Under the pieces are notes generated by a model, which saw only the letters and a program-made list of their open reading frames with translations, searched no databases and was not told where the DNA came from. A stretch of 64,000 bases of DNA from Podarcis filfolensis (Eukaryota), in NCBI GenBank assembly GCA_964270895.1, contig OZ185440.1. One strand, given 5' to 3'. The position numbers and the translations under genes were made by a program. Below, piece by piece: positions 38,422 through 49,380 of this stretch (positions are counted from its first letter, which is position 1; the number at the start of each line of letters is the position of its first letter).

Positions 38422-39676
38422 CAGTGGTGCCCCGCAAGACGAATGCCTCGCTAAACGAAAAACCCGCAAGACGAAAGGGTTTTCCGATTTTTTAGCGGCT
38501 TCGCAAGACGAATTTCCCTATGGGCTTGCTTCGCAAGACGAAAGCCCACAGGGAAATCTCCGGGGACAGCGGGGAAGCGCAGCGCGCCTTCTCCTCTGTT
38601 CCCGGACCTGTCCTGAAGGCTTGCGGTGGGAGGTCCGGGAACAGAGGAGAAGGCGCGCAGCGCTTCTCCTCTGTTCCCGGGGCTTGCGGTGGGAGGAGGG
38701 TTTTTCCTCCCCACCGCCAACATTCAGAACAGCATTCTGAATGTTGGTGGTGGGGAGGAAAGCCCTCCTCCCACCGCAAGCCTTCAGGACAGGTCCGGGA
38801 ACAGAGGAGAAGGCGCGCAGCGCTTCTCCTCTGTTCTCGGACCTGTCCTGAAGACTTGCGGTGGGAGGAAGGTTTTCCTCCCCACCGCCAACATTCAGAA
38901 GGCTGTTCTGAAGGCTGGCGGTGGGGAAAAAAGCCCTTCTCCCGCCGCCAGCCTTCAGAAGAGTTCCCTGCAGGGCTCTCCAAGCTGCGGATAGCAGCCT
39001 GCTGCCCCGCGCGAGGGGCGCTCTGCTTCAGAGCGCCCCTCGCGCGGGGCAGCAGGCTGCTATCCGCAGCTTGGAGAGCCCTGCGGGGAACTCCTGCAAA
39101 GCTCCCCAAGCTGCGAATGTCTGCCCCGCGCGAGGGGCGCTCTGGGCAGCAGGCTGCTATCCGCGCGGGGCAGCAGGCTGCTATCCGCAGCTTGGAGAGC
39201 CCTGCAGGGAACTCCTGCAGGGCTCCCGAAGCTGCGAATGTCTGCCCCGCGCGAGGGGCGCTCTGAAGCAGAGCGCCCCTCACGTGGGGCAGCAGGCTGC
39301 TATCCGCAGCTTGGAGAGCCCTGCAGGGAACTCCTGCAGGGCTCCCGAAGCTGCGAATGTCTGCCCCGCGCGAGGGGCGCTCTGAAGCAGAGCGCCCCTC
39401 GCGCGGGGCAGCAGGCTGCTATCCGCAGCCTAGGCAGCCCTGGGGGAACTCTTCTGAAGGCTGGCGGCGGGAGAAGGGCTTTTCTTCCCACCGCCAGCCT
39501 TCAGAAGAGGTCCGGGGACAGACTGTCCCCGGACCTGGTCTGAAGGCGGTCTCCATAGGAACGCATTAATTGATTTTCAATGCATTCCTATGGGAAACCG
39601 TGCTTCGCAAGACGAAAAACTCGCAAGAAGAAAAAACTTGCAGAACGAATTAATTTCGTCTTGCGAGCCACCACTG
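38422..39676. mobile_element. 1,255-bp non-autonomous Tc1/mariner (Tigger/pogo-like) element with foldback, CpG-rich interior
   Basis: TA on both sides; TIRs CAGTGGTGCCCCGCAAGACGAA / CAGTGGTGGCTCGCAAGACGAA; repeated CGCAAGACGAA subterminal motifs; nested palindromes and about 119-bp tandem units; no transposase ORF. Confidence 0.88.
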
Positions 39677-39953
39677 TACATACCTGGGCATAAGTCTCAT
39701 ATAACTCATTAAGACTGATTTTCAGACCATATACTTAGATTGCACTGTGAGGCTGCAGTTCAATTCATGTTGCTTTTGAAATTACCTTGCTTCTGAATAA
39801 ACATGCAAAGACTGAGCTTCCGAAAAGCACTTTGCTTTGTAATTATTTTCCTTGATAAGAGATTGTCAGGTGAGCCTGGGTGAACATGTTGAATCTTGTT
39901 AACCTGGAGGGCTTTTTCAATGCTGTAACAAATTTTCTTGTCATCTGCTTCAG

Positions 39954-40034
39954 GAGAGAAATTAATTGAAGGGCAAGTGATTGAACTTGAAGATGGATCC
40001 ACAGCTTTTGTCCAACAAGTAACATTGCAGAAAG
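39954..40034 (+). CDS. ZNF76: ZNF76 coding exon 2 (LEDG activation repeat)
   Basis: ttcag|GAGAG...AAAG|gttagg; 81 nt; GEKLIEGQVIELEDGSTAFVQQVTLQK. Confidence 0.92.
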
Positions 40035-41198
40035 GTTAGGAGTAATAGATGTATACCTATTTCAGAAATTTGGGGAGCTTTCACTGCTTTTTTCTGTTTG
40101 CAATTTTCTCTGTGAGTGAACCTCTTGTGATATTTGCACTAAGCCGTAGTGCACTTCTCACAGTTAGAGATGCGTATTTCAGGTAGAAACTGTAAATCAG
40201 CAGGAGGCACACACTTATGTAGAGCAGATAAAATGTGCTGGATTTCAACAGGGCTGCTAATGAGTAAATTTGCCTAAGGGCATCTGTTTTGGACCTACTT
40301 GGTACTAATCTTCCACAAGAATAATATCTTGTGTGTAAGCTGCTGTAGCATTGCAGTGCAATCCTGTTCATGGTTACTTAGAACTGAGATTCATTGAGTT
40401 CAGTGGGCTAACTCCCATTTTGGTGTGCCTAGAGTTGCAATCCTATTCATACTGTCATGGGGGTGCATACCATTGTTTCCATGAGAAAACATGCGTAGAA
40501 TTCAGCTGTTAGTTTGATCAAATATACATCACAACTTAAATACTCCGAATTTCTTATCTGAGACCCATGTTACACATCATGAGGTAGACAGGTTGTACAT
40601 TTCAGCTTGTAGAAATCTGGACTGTACTAATTCTGGTTGGAAGCTGTGTGTCGTTTTCCTTTAATGCCCAGAAGGCAGGAGGCTTCTGAATGCCAGTTGC
40701 TGGAAACTGAAGGAGCGAGTGGTCTTGTGCTCACATCCTGCTTGTAGGCTTCCCATAGACACCTGGTTGGCCACTGTGATAACATAATGCTGGATTAGAT
40801 GAGCCATTGACCTGATCCGACAATCTATTTTTACACCTTCATGTAAAAACCAGATACTTTGCATGTAGTCGTGTTGTAGAGAAGGGAGAATGGTTCCTCT
40901 CCCTGGTGTCATCATTCATCACACGGAAGAAGCTTTGCAGTGGGAGGAGCACTGAATACTAGCTGTGATAATAGGCCTTTTTATGCAATTTGACTTTTTT
41001 CCCCATTCGTGTCATTGAACTGACATGGACAGGCTTCTTTTCAAGGATTATAGAGCAAGGGCCCTGTAGGCCTTTGAGCAAACCATGGCTAGAATTCTTG
41101 AGTTGTTCTTGTAAAGCCAGCTTTGTTTACTTTCTGTTGCATAACAACCTTACAATGCATGGAGTTTATTTTTGTGTATGTTCTGATTTGTTCTGTAG

Positions 41199-41276
41199 AG
41201 TCCATCACATTTGAAGATGGTCAGCCAGTAGCGTTGGAAGACGGCACTATGGCTTTTATACATCATGCTCCCCAAG
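41199..41276 (+). CDS. ZNF76: ZNF76 coding exon 3 (LEDG repeat)
   Basis: tgtag|AGTCC...CAAG|gtaacg; 78 nt; ESITFEDGQPVALEDGTMAFIHHAPQ. Confidence 0.93.
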
Positions 41277-42445
41277 GTAACGATCAGTCTTTGTACCTTC
41301 CTTTCCACATACTAGGTAAAATAATTCGTACACAGTGGGTAGTATTCAATGATAACGAGTCGCTTGATTAAAGGTAATAAATATTACTAACTTCAGCTAA
41401 TTCATTTCAGTGCATCAACTCTGAGTATAACTTAGTTGAATGCAACCCAGTAGTCTAATAAATGTGATCACAGCTGTGTGTGTAGCTATTGGGCTGGACT
41501 CAACTAAATTGTTGCACTAGCAGGAGCCAGTGCAACAAGTCCCACTAGCACAATGGAGCTTCATCCTCCCCATATGCCTCCCAGTTGGCTCTGGGGGTTT
41601 GGGAAAACTTCAGAACAATGCATGGGGGGAGGAGATGGGAGCTCATGCTGTCTGGGAAGCAGAAATGCTTGTGCTGACAGAGCGATCATAATACTGCAAC
41701 ACTGAATTCCTCCCATAGTCTTTTTAAAGTCAAGTCATAAAACAGTTCAGGTTAGTGATGAAGAGAGAAAGCTCTGGGGAATCAGATGTGCAGACAGATG
41801 GTGTGGCTCTTTGCATCACTGCCAAACCTTGAGTTGGAGAACAGAAAGAGTCAGCAAGCTTAAGAACTCTGTCCTCCCCTCTCTCAGGATCAATCCTGAT
41901 TTGGAGAGATAATTGAAGACTACCCTTGACTGGTTTGGATATCATGGTAAATGGTGGTTTAAGGAAACTAGGTAACTTTCTCTTAAGAGTTGGAAGGGCA
42001 AGTGCTTGAGCATATCACTCACTCTTGATGCTTCACAGTATGGTTTGGTAACAGGGAATGTGTTCTGTTTCAGTATCTTATCAAATCCTTTCCCTGTAAC
42101 CATACAAAATCGTCCTATCCAGATTGACAAATTACTACCATGCAAGTAGATTGTTCCTTATTGCTCTGCAAACAGTTCAAGGATGTGTGGAAATCATTCT
42201 GTGGTGATTGTATAATGATTCCACGCAGCTTTTGACTGTGGAATGTGTTTCATGTTGCAATTTTCAGCCATAAATAGAGTTGGATTCTGTTGGTGTTTGC
42301 AATGATTGAATTTTGAACTGCCGTGAAGATTTTGCCATTGATGCTTTTAACTCTTCATCTTTTTGCCAGCTCTAAATGATCAAGAGGTAGATAAGTAGCA
42401 ATTAGAGCTGACATGTGCTACTACAGTGTTTGTGGTCCCCTCCAG

Positions 42446-42648
42446 AGGGTTATGACCCCAACACCTTAGAAGCAATCCAGCTGGAAGATGGATCCACAGC
42501 TTTCATTCATCGTCCTGTCTCCCTGTCAGTGGGCAGCACCACACTGACAGTGCAAGCAGATGTGGGACTGGAGGAATTGGCTGCAGGAGAGAAAGATGAT
42601 TCCTTTGAACTTGATTCCATTACTGCCCTCAAGGACTATGCCAGTAAG
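42446..42648 (+). CDS. ZNF76: ZNF76 coding exon 4 (LEDG repeat)
   Basis: tccag|AGGGT...TAAG|gtgagg; 203 nt; EGYDPNTLEAIQLEDGSTAFIHRPV...LKDYASK. Confidence 0.93.
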
Positions 42649-42942
42649 GTGAGGATATTATTCTGCTTCTGTGGAAGATTCAAATCATCCTGCTTCGTGA
42701 TTCTGCAAACAGAATGAAATACCAAGTTTCTAGAATGATATAAAAGTATTAAATTTATTTATTTGAAGCATTTATATTTTGCCTCTCCATCAGTATTGGC
42801 CCCCAATATCTGGCACTCGTGGCATCAATTCTCCTAGTCTGGTGACATGACTCCACTTTTAGAGTATGTGTGTTTGTAGCAGATGGAATGGTGACTTGCA
42901 GGACTCGTTCAAGTTTAACTACTTCTTCATGTTGCTTGGCAG

Positions 42943-43059
42943 GGCTTCCACGAGGAGGAAGTGGAGAGCAATGGGAAGGAACCAAAGGTTCCTGATAGAG
43001 TTTACCGCTGTGGTTACAGTGGTTGTAGCCGCCTCTTTACCACATCTCATCATTTGAAG
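42943..43059 (+). CDS. ZNF76: ZNF76 coding exon 5, zinc finger 1 start
   Basis: ggcag|GGCTTC...GAAG|gtaagt; 117 nt; GFHEEEVESNGKEPKVPDRVYRCGYSGCSRLFTTSHHLK. Confidence 0.92.
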
Positions 43060-43415
43060 GTAAGTCATCGTCGTAAGCTCACAATGTTGCCTTTTAGAGG
43101 ACTAAAAGCTCTGCTGTACCTATAATGGGAAACCATTGATGCTGTGGAAGAGACAGTAATTCACCAGTGCAAGCTTAAAAAAAAATTCTTTTGGAATAGT
43201 TTTTAAGAGGCTGGATCTGATGCAGTGATGTCGGAGAGAGCCTGGGTACAAACCTCTTCTCAGCCTCTATATTTTAAATTTTAATCTGTTTTAGTATTTT
43301 CACTTTTTGTACGTTTTAAGGTAATGCTGTATTTTTTTCCTGTTTTTCTTGTTTCACCTTTTTGTAAACAGCTTAGGTTTTTTTCAGTCAAGTCGAGCCT
43401 TCTCTGTCTTCACAG

Positions 43416-43491
43416 GTGCATGAGCGGGTTCATACAGGTGATCGTCCATACAGATGTGACTTCTCAAGCTGTGGGAAAACCTTTACTACAG
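43416..43491 (+). CDS. ZNF76: ZNF76 coding exon 6, ZF1 end / ZF2 start
   Basis: cacag|GTGCAT...ACAG|gtaatg; 76 nt; [25 protein letters not shown]. Confidence 0.94.
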
Positions 43492-43669
43492 GTAATGTGT
43501 GTCAAGAACAAAAGATGATCTTGTTCAAGTGGAGTTATGCAGGTCTGAGAAGGAAGATCGAAATGTAGCAAGCTGAGGACTATTGAGCCTAAATGGATAA
43601 CGAAATTGAACTAAGTACAAGGTATAGTTCCTGGTGACTCAAGCTACTTAGCTTACACGAAACTTCTAA

Positions 43670-44029
<360 letters not shown>

Positions 44030-44570
44030 TAATTCCATAATTTTAATCTAGAATAAATTGTGCAGACTTATGTAAGTGTATTTCTATGTATAATGTTTAG
44101 TGTGGGATTTGCAGGCACCATTTATCAGCTCATTTCCCATGCTCAGCACTTTCCAAGGTAACAGCTGATTGGCATACACTTTTCTTTTTTTGCCCACATG
44201 GTTTGATTTCAAACTGTGTGGGCGAAAATAGGTCACCGAATGTCATGTGACCTGAAGTGACTGATACCCACCTGCCAAACCTGTCCCTCGGGTGTGTGTG
44301 GATCCAGCTCCCCACCCCCGATCTAGAATGAGGCACTGTTCAGGTTGTAGCTGCCTAAGGAAAAATGATGGAGGGCCTTTCAAGCTGTCATGCTCATACT
44401 AGCTTCACATATGGCAGTTGGCTCTTTGACACTATAATGAAGATGGAAGACCTCTGCCCAGCCTGGCAAGGTAGCATTTTCACAATTACAGGCAAGAGGG
44501 GCAAGAGTGTCTTAAAATGTCAGTGCTATCACAGGCTTGCTAAGGATGCCTTCTCTCTCTTCCCCTGAAG

Positions 44571-44750
44571 GTGAGAGGCCTTTCAGGTGCCCTTTTGAGG
44601 GCTGTGGCCGCTCATTCACCACCTCAAATATACGGAAGGTCCACATCCGGACACACACTGGTGAGCGACCATATATGTGCCCAGAGCACAACTGTGGGAG
44701 AGGGTTCACTAGTGCCACCAACTTCAAAAACCACATGAGAATCCATACAG
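44571..44750 (+). CDS. ZNF76: ZNF76 coding exon 8, ZF4-ZF5
   Basis: tgaag|GTGAG...ACAG|gtaata; 180 nt; [60 protein letters not shown]. Confidence 0.96.
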
Positions 44751-44756
44751 GTAATA

Positions 44757-44778
44757 TGTGTGTGTGTGTGTGTGTGTG
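44757..44778. repeat. (TG)11 microsatellite 6 nt into the intron after ZNF76 coding exon 8
   Basis: Direct reading: CAG|gtaata(tg)11. Confidence 0.95.
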
Positions 44779-45111
44779 TCTTAATTTTCATATTTCATTA
44801 ACGGGAAACACCATACAGGCAATCCTCAGCATGGTATACTTTCACAATCTGTGGGGGTGGTGTCACTTGGTTGAACTTTATTATGTGTAACACACCATCC
44901 CAGTGACACATTACTGCATTGGGGGGATCAACATGGAAACTATAGTGTGCTTGCTTGCTTGACCCAGTTGTCATCTGTAAGATGGCCAGTTAAAAGAAAA
45001 TGTGTATTGAACTACTAAAAACAAGTAGAGTGAGATTTGAAGCCCCCTTCCCAATTGCTTAAAGTACTCTTGCAGTGTAATCCTATACCTTTTTGAAAGT
45101 AAACCCCACTA

Positions 45112-45337
45112 CAGTGGTATCTCGGGTTACATACGCTTCAGGTTACAGACTCCGCTAACCCAGAAATAGTGCTTCAGGTTAAGAACTTTGCTTCAGGATA
45201 AGAACAGAAATCGTGGTCCGGCGGCGCGGCGGCAGCAGGAGGCCCCATTAGCTAAAGTGGTGCTTCAGGTTAAGAACAGTTTCAGGTTAAGAACAGACCT
45301 CAGGAACGAATTAAGTACTTAACCCGAGGTACCACTG
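45112..45337. mobile_element. 226-bp Tigger-like MITE, copy 2 (ZNF76 intron)
   Basis: TA on both sides; CAGTGGTA...TACCACTG termini; same length as 32923-33148. Confidence 0.9.
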
Positions 45338-45451
45338 TATATTCAATGGGGCTTATTACCTAGCAAGTGTGTTTTGGGATTTCAGCCTTTGCTTTGTGCC
45401 ACAAAGTGAGAGGTACCCATTCCTTTATATTTCCTTCTTCTTATTTCCCAG

Positions 45452-45682
45452 GGGAGAAGCCATATGCATGCCTGGTGCCAGGCTGTGGGAAGCGCTTCAC
45501 TGAATATTCTAGCCTTTACAAACACCACGTGGTTCACACACACTGCAAGCCATACACCTGCAACACCTGCAGCAAAACTTACCGCCAGACCTCTACGTTG
45601 GCTATGCACAAGCGCACTGCGCATGGAGAGCTGGAAGCTACAGAAGAGAGTGAACAGGCCCTCTATGAGCAGCAGATGAGAA
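45452..45682 (+). CDS. ZNF76: ZNF76 coding exon 9, ZF6-ZF7
   Basis: cccag|GGGAG...AGAA|gtgagt; 231 nt; [77 protein letters not shown]. Confidence 0.96.
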
Positions 45683-45789
45683 GTGAGTAGGCACTAGAGT
45701 TTTGTGGGAAGCTTCATACCTTGAGCCTATATATTCTTGTCGTTTCCTGGCTCATTGCCATGCTTCCTTGTGCTTCCTAGTCCTTAAAT

Positions 45790-45925
45790 CAGGCTTCCTC
45801 AACCTCGGCCCTCCACATGTTTTGAGACTACAATTCCCATCATCCCTCACCACTGGTCCTGCTAGCTAGGGATCATGGGAGTTGTAGGCCAAAAACATCT
45901 GGAGGGCCAAGGTTGAGGAAGCCTG
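45790..45925. mobile_element. 136-bp palindromic hAT MITE (same family), ZNF76 intron
   Basis: Perfect 8-bp TSD CCTTAAAT; CAGGCTTCCTCAACCT...AGGTTGAGGAAGCCTG. Confidence 0.9.
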
Positions 45926-46046
45926 CCTTAAATGCTCCCGTCTGCTGTTCCTGCCTTACCTTCAGATAACTTTTTCAAAGCTGTTTCAATGCACTCTGCT
46001 GCTCAAGTAGAGCACTCTGCTGAATCTCCTTTCCTTGTTCTCTCAG

Positions 46047-46174
46047 TTGCCACGTTTGATATACCTTCACTGAAACACCAGTGTATTGTTTCTGTGAAGG
46101 TGGAACACGAGGAGGAGCAGGAGGATTGCAGGGCTGTGCCAGTGACTCTCGTATCTCAGGATGGAGCAGAGCAG
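46047..46174 (+). CDS. ZNF76: ZNF76 coding exon 10, acidic region with SUMO consensus
   Basis: ctcag|TTGCC...GCAG|gtatgg; 128 nt, phase 1 to 0; IATFDIPSLKHQCIVSVKVEHEEEQEDCRAVPVTLVSQDGAEQ. Confidence 0.85.
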
Positions 46175-46423
46175 GTATGGAGTCTGCAGAACTTGAAACT
46201 AAATCCACAGAGGTAACAACTCTCTGGTTTTGTTACCTAGGACAGGTCAGATAATCTTTACCCTGAAAATGCCCTAATCCTAAACATTGGCTATAGTACA
46301 TCTGCATGCAACATCTACTTAAATCATGTTAGCTCCATCCTTGGTACTTAGTTGGACAAGGGTTCTAATCACACCAGTTTGGGTGAATGAACATTGCAGA
46401 GCAGGGTTTTATTTATCTGTTTA

Positions 46424-46566
46424 ATAATAATAATAATAATTTATTATTTGTACCCCGCCCATCTGGCTGGGTTTCCCCAGCCACTCTGGGCGGCTTCCAA
46501 CAAAGATAAAAAATACACTAAAATGTCACATATTAAAAAACTTCCCTGAACAGGGCTGCCTTCAGG
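46424..46566 (-). mobile_element. LINE (L2-like) 3' end with (ATT)n tail
   Basis: (AAT)n run followed by TACCCCGCCCATCTGGCTGGGTTTCCCCAGCCACTCTGGGCGGC, a young lacertid LINE terminus as recalled. Confidence 0.65.
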
Positions 46567-46966
46567 GCTGTTTGTTTCATAAAATGCATACACCATACAC
46601 TTGATTGTAAAATAAACCCCTCAAAATGGTGAATATCACAGAGCCTGGGATAGCCCCACATTGGACAAAAGATTCCTGCATTGCAAGGGGTTGACTAGAT
46701 ACCCCTCATGGTCCCTTTCAGCATTACAATTCTATTACTCTATTACCATATCTTCCTATTAGTGGTGATGTAATCCAATTTTTCACCATTTGCTTATGCA
46801 AGGAACGTTATGATTTCAGGTGAAGAACATGCCTGTGTGAATGAGCTTTTTCTCACTTTACTACTTCTATTCCCCATGCTCCCAGCCCATGAATCAGCTT
46901 GAATCTTTTCTTTTTAATCTGTAGCCTTCAATTTGGCCTGACTCCATTTTCACCTGCTCTTTGCAG

Positions 46967-47122
46967 GTCCGTCTGTCTCCTGAAGACTTGCAAGTACTTG
47001 GCTGTGATATCACCATGCTAACACAGAATGGCACAGCAGTATCAGTGCCCCAGGAAGATATTTCAGCAAGTGGTACAAATGTGCTGACTATGATTGGCGC
47101 CGATGGGACTGAAATACATCCG
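46967..47122 (+). CDS. ZNF76: ZNF76 coding exon 11
   Basis: tgcag|GTCCGT...CCG|gtactc (weak donor); 156 nt; VRLSPEDLQVLGCDITMLTQNGTAVSVPQEDISASGTNVLTMIGADGTEIHP. Confidence 0.87.
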
Positions 47123-47210
47123 GTACTCATTTCTTCTAAAACCTTTGACATAGTCTGGGAAAGTGTTTTTTTTTTAATTGTAATGGTTGTGCTGATGTGA
47201 TACTTTTCAG

Positions 47211-47324
47211 GTTACAATAGTCACTTCTGAGACAAAGGCATCCGAGGATTTGCCCACCGCATCCATCCACCACCAGCAGCTGACAGTACTAGCAACAGCA
47301 AAGGACACTTATATTGCAGTTCAG
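47211..47324 (+). CDS. ZNF76: ZNF76 coding exon 12
   Basis: ttcag|GTTACA...TCAG|gtattt; 114 nt; VTIVTSETKASEDLPTASIHHQQLTVLATAKDTYIAVQ. Confidence 0.88.
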
Positions 47325-48425
47325 GTATTTCATATACACATCTTGCTTAGAGTTTGCAGGCACAGGTGTTTTTGTCATGTTGGAAGAGAGCCTCTTGTCC
47401 CCTTCCCCAAGGATGCATATAGGTGATGAGTCTGACCTCATACTGCCTTACCACTATGCAGCAGAAGCCACATTTTTAGGGCATTGATTGACACAGAGAC
47501 CAGCCAATCATGAAACTAACTCCTCCTCCTTGGCAGCCCTTGTTTCAGTCACACAGAGCAGGTTTTTAAGTGTAAAAATAATAGAGCACCAAACAAATAT
47601 TTGAGCAGAGAACAATGCAGGCTCTTGAAAAGCTAATCAAACGGGACAGCCAGTCTGAAGCATCAGGTGAAGGAGCAACTCTTAAAATTCAGTTTGAAAC
47701 CAGGTACTTGTGTTCTCTGAGGAGTGAAGTGGGAGAACACACTTTTTTTTTTAACTTGGTAACTTCCATCTGGGTTTCAGACTTCTTTGTTCCCCATCAA
47801 TTACGATAAGGAGAAATTGCCTTTGTTGTGAATTTTTGTGGAATGTTTAGGGATTTCAAAGACCACAAAAAGTACTGTACTCTTTTCATCTTGTGATTTT
47901 AGGATTTACAAAGAACACATTAATTGTCATACAGAGCAATAATACTGTATTGGTCTGAATATAGGTTACACTTTCCCCCAAAATCTGGCTTGTATAAAAC
48001 CTGAGTGCAGCCCATAATCACACTTTTACAGGTAAGGAAGCTATGACTTCAGAGATCTCATTTTAGGGCTGTGATCTCTTTCAGGGGCAGCTTATATTCA
48101 GACCAGTACCATAAGTAGCTGTCCCTTGTAAGAAGTCAATCCATTGAGTTAAATGGGGTTTCCGCCCAGGTAACTCTGTATAGCAGCGGTAGGGACCCTC
48201 TGGCCCTGCACCAGGCTTGGCCCACCAGGGGGTCCAATTTGGCCTGTGATTTCCCCCCAAATCATTCCTATCAGCTTATGTCATTGGTAACATCATCTGA
48301 TGGATGGAAGGACAGGCTTTAATTCTTCATTGGCTGAGCACCCAATTTCCAGCAGGGAACAGGATTGTGCAGCAGGATTGCTTATCATTTGAAAGGCATT
48401 AAAATCATTTGCTTTTTACTTTAAG

Positions 48426-48582
48426 CAGTGGCGTAGCGTGGGGGGTGCAGGGGGGGCCGGGCGCACCGGGCGCAACATCTGGGGTTAGGGCAAATCCACG
48501 GGTTAGGGGGCGCAAATCCACGGGTTGGGGGCGCAAATTACTTGCCTTGCCCCGGGTGCTGACAACCCACGCTACGCCACTG
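48426..48582. mobile_element. 157-bp GC-rich hAT MITE
   Basis: Perfect 8-bp TSD ACTTTAAG; 17-bp perfect TIR CAGTGGCGTAGCGTGGG; internal 22-nt tandem repeat. Confidence 0.9.
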
Positions 48583-49136
48583 ACTTTAAGTGAGCTGGGG
48601 AGGGGGCATCTTAAAACTGCAAAGTACTATTCAAAGCAGCTCCCCAAAAGCACATTTTAAACATGACTTTTAATAGAAAAGGGTGAGGCTGCTTCAAAGA
48701 CAGGTTTTGCAAAGGCTTTAAGATAGCCCCCTGTGGTCTTGCTTGAGCTTCTAGGGGCATCAGGGGTTTGAAGGGGGAGCGTGGGGAGACTTGCAAAGTT
48801 ACAAAAGGGATTTTGATAGGTGGAGGCCTCTACCCTCTCCCAGTTGTGATGCCATAACGAGGAGTGGGTAAAATTTGGCCAGTGAGGTGGATCCTGATCA
48901 GGCTGTGACCTGCAGAGCCAAAAAAGATTCCTCACCCCGATGTATGGGATAGATGAAGTCAAAGACTATATTGTATGTTCACAGCTGCCTGATTTCCTTT
49001 TGTGCCCTTTTTACATTTCTACCTATTTTCTTTTCCCACCATGCAATCACTTCATTTCCACATAACTTCCTATGCTGTTTCTTCACTTCCCCGTTGAGCT
49101 ACTTCTGCTTCTGCATATCTACTTCCAAATAATGTG

Positions 49137-49380
49137 CAGTGGTACCTCAAGTTACAAATGCCTCAGGTTACAAACGCTTCAGGTTACAAACTCCGCTAAC
49201 CTGGAAGTGTTACCTCGAGTTGAGAACTTTGCCCCAGGATGAGAACGGAAATCGTGCACTGGCAGTGCAGCAGCAGCAGCAAGAGGCCCTATTAGCGAAA
49301 GCACACCTCTAGTTAAGAACAGTTTCAGGTTAAGAACAGACCTCCGGAGCAAATTAAGTTTGTAACTAGAGGTACCATTG
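49137..49380. mobile_element. 244-bp Tigger-like MITE, related subfamily
   Basis: CAGTGGTACCTC...GAGGTACCATTG termini; right TA flank, left TG; internal CAGGTTA repeats shared with the 226-bp family. Confidence 0.82.

Noticed and set aside
39060-39430. CRISPR-like repeat array
   Set aside because: Eukaryotic DNA; the units are contiguous tandem repeats without unique spacers.
38451-39569. Overlapping 100-263 aa ORFs on both strands as a protein-coding gene or transposase
   Set aside because: They lie in the GC-rich palindromic/tandem interior of the Tigger-like element, are repetitive (AACCPARGAL...), and show no DDD/E or HTH features. Absence of stops follows from base composition.
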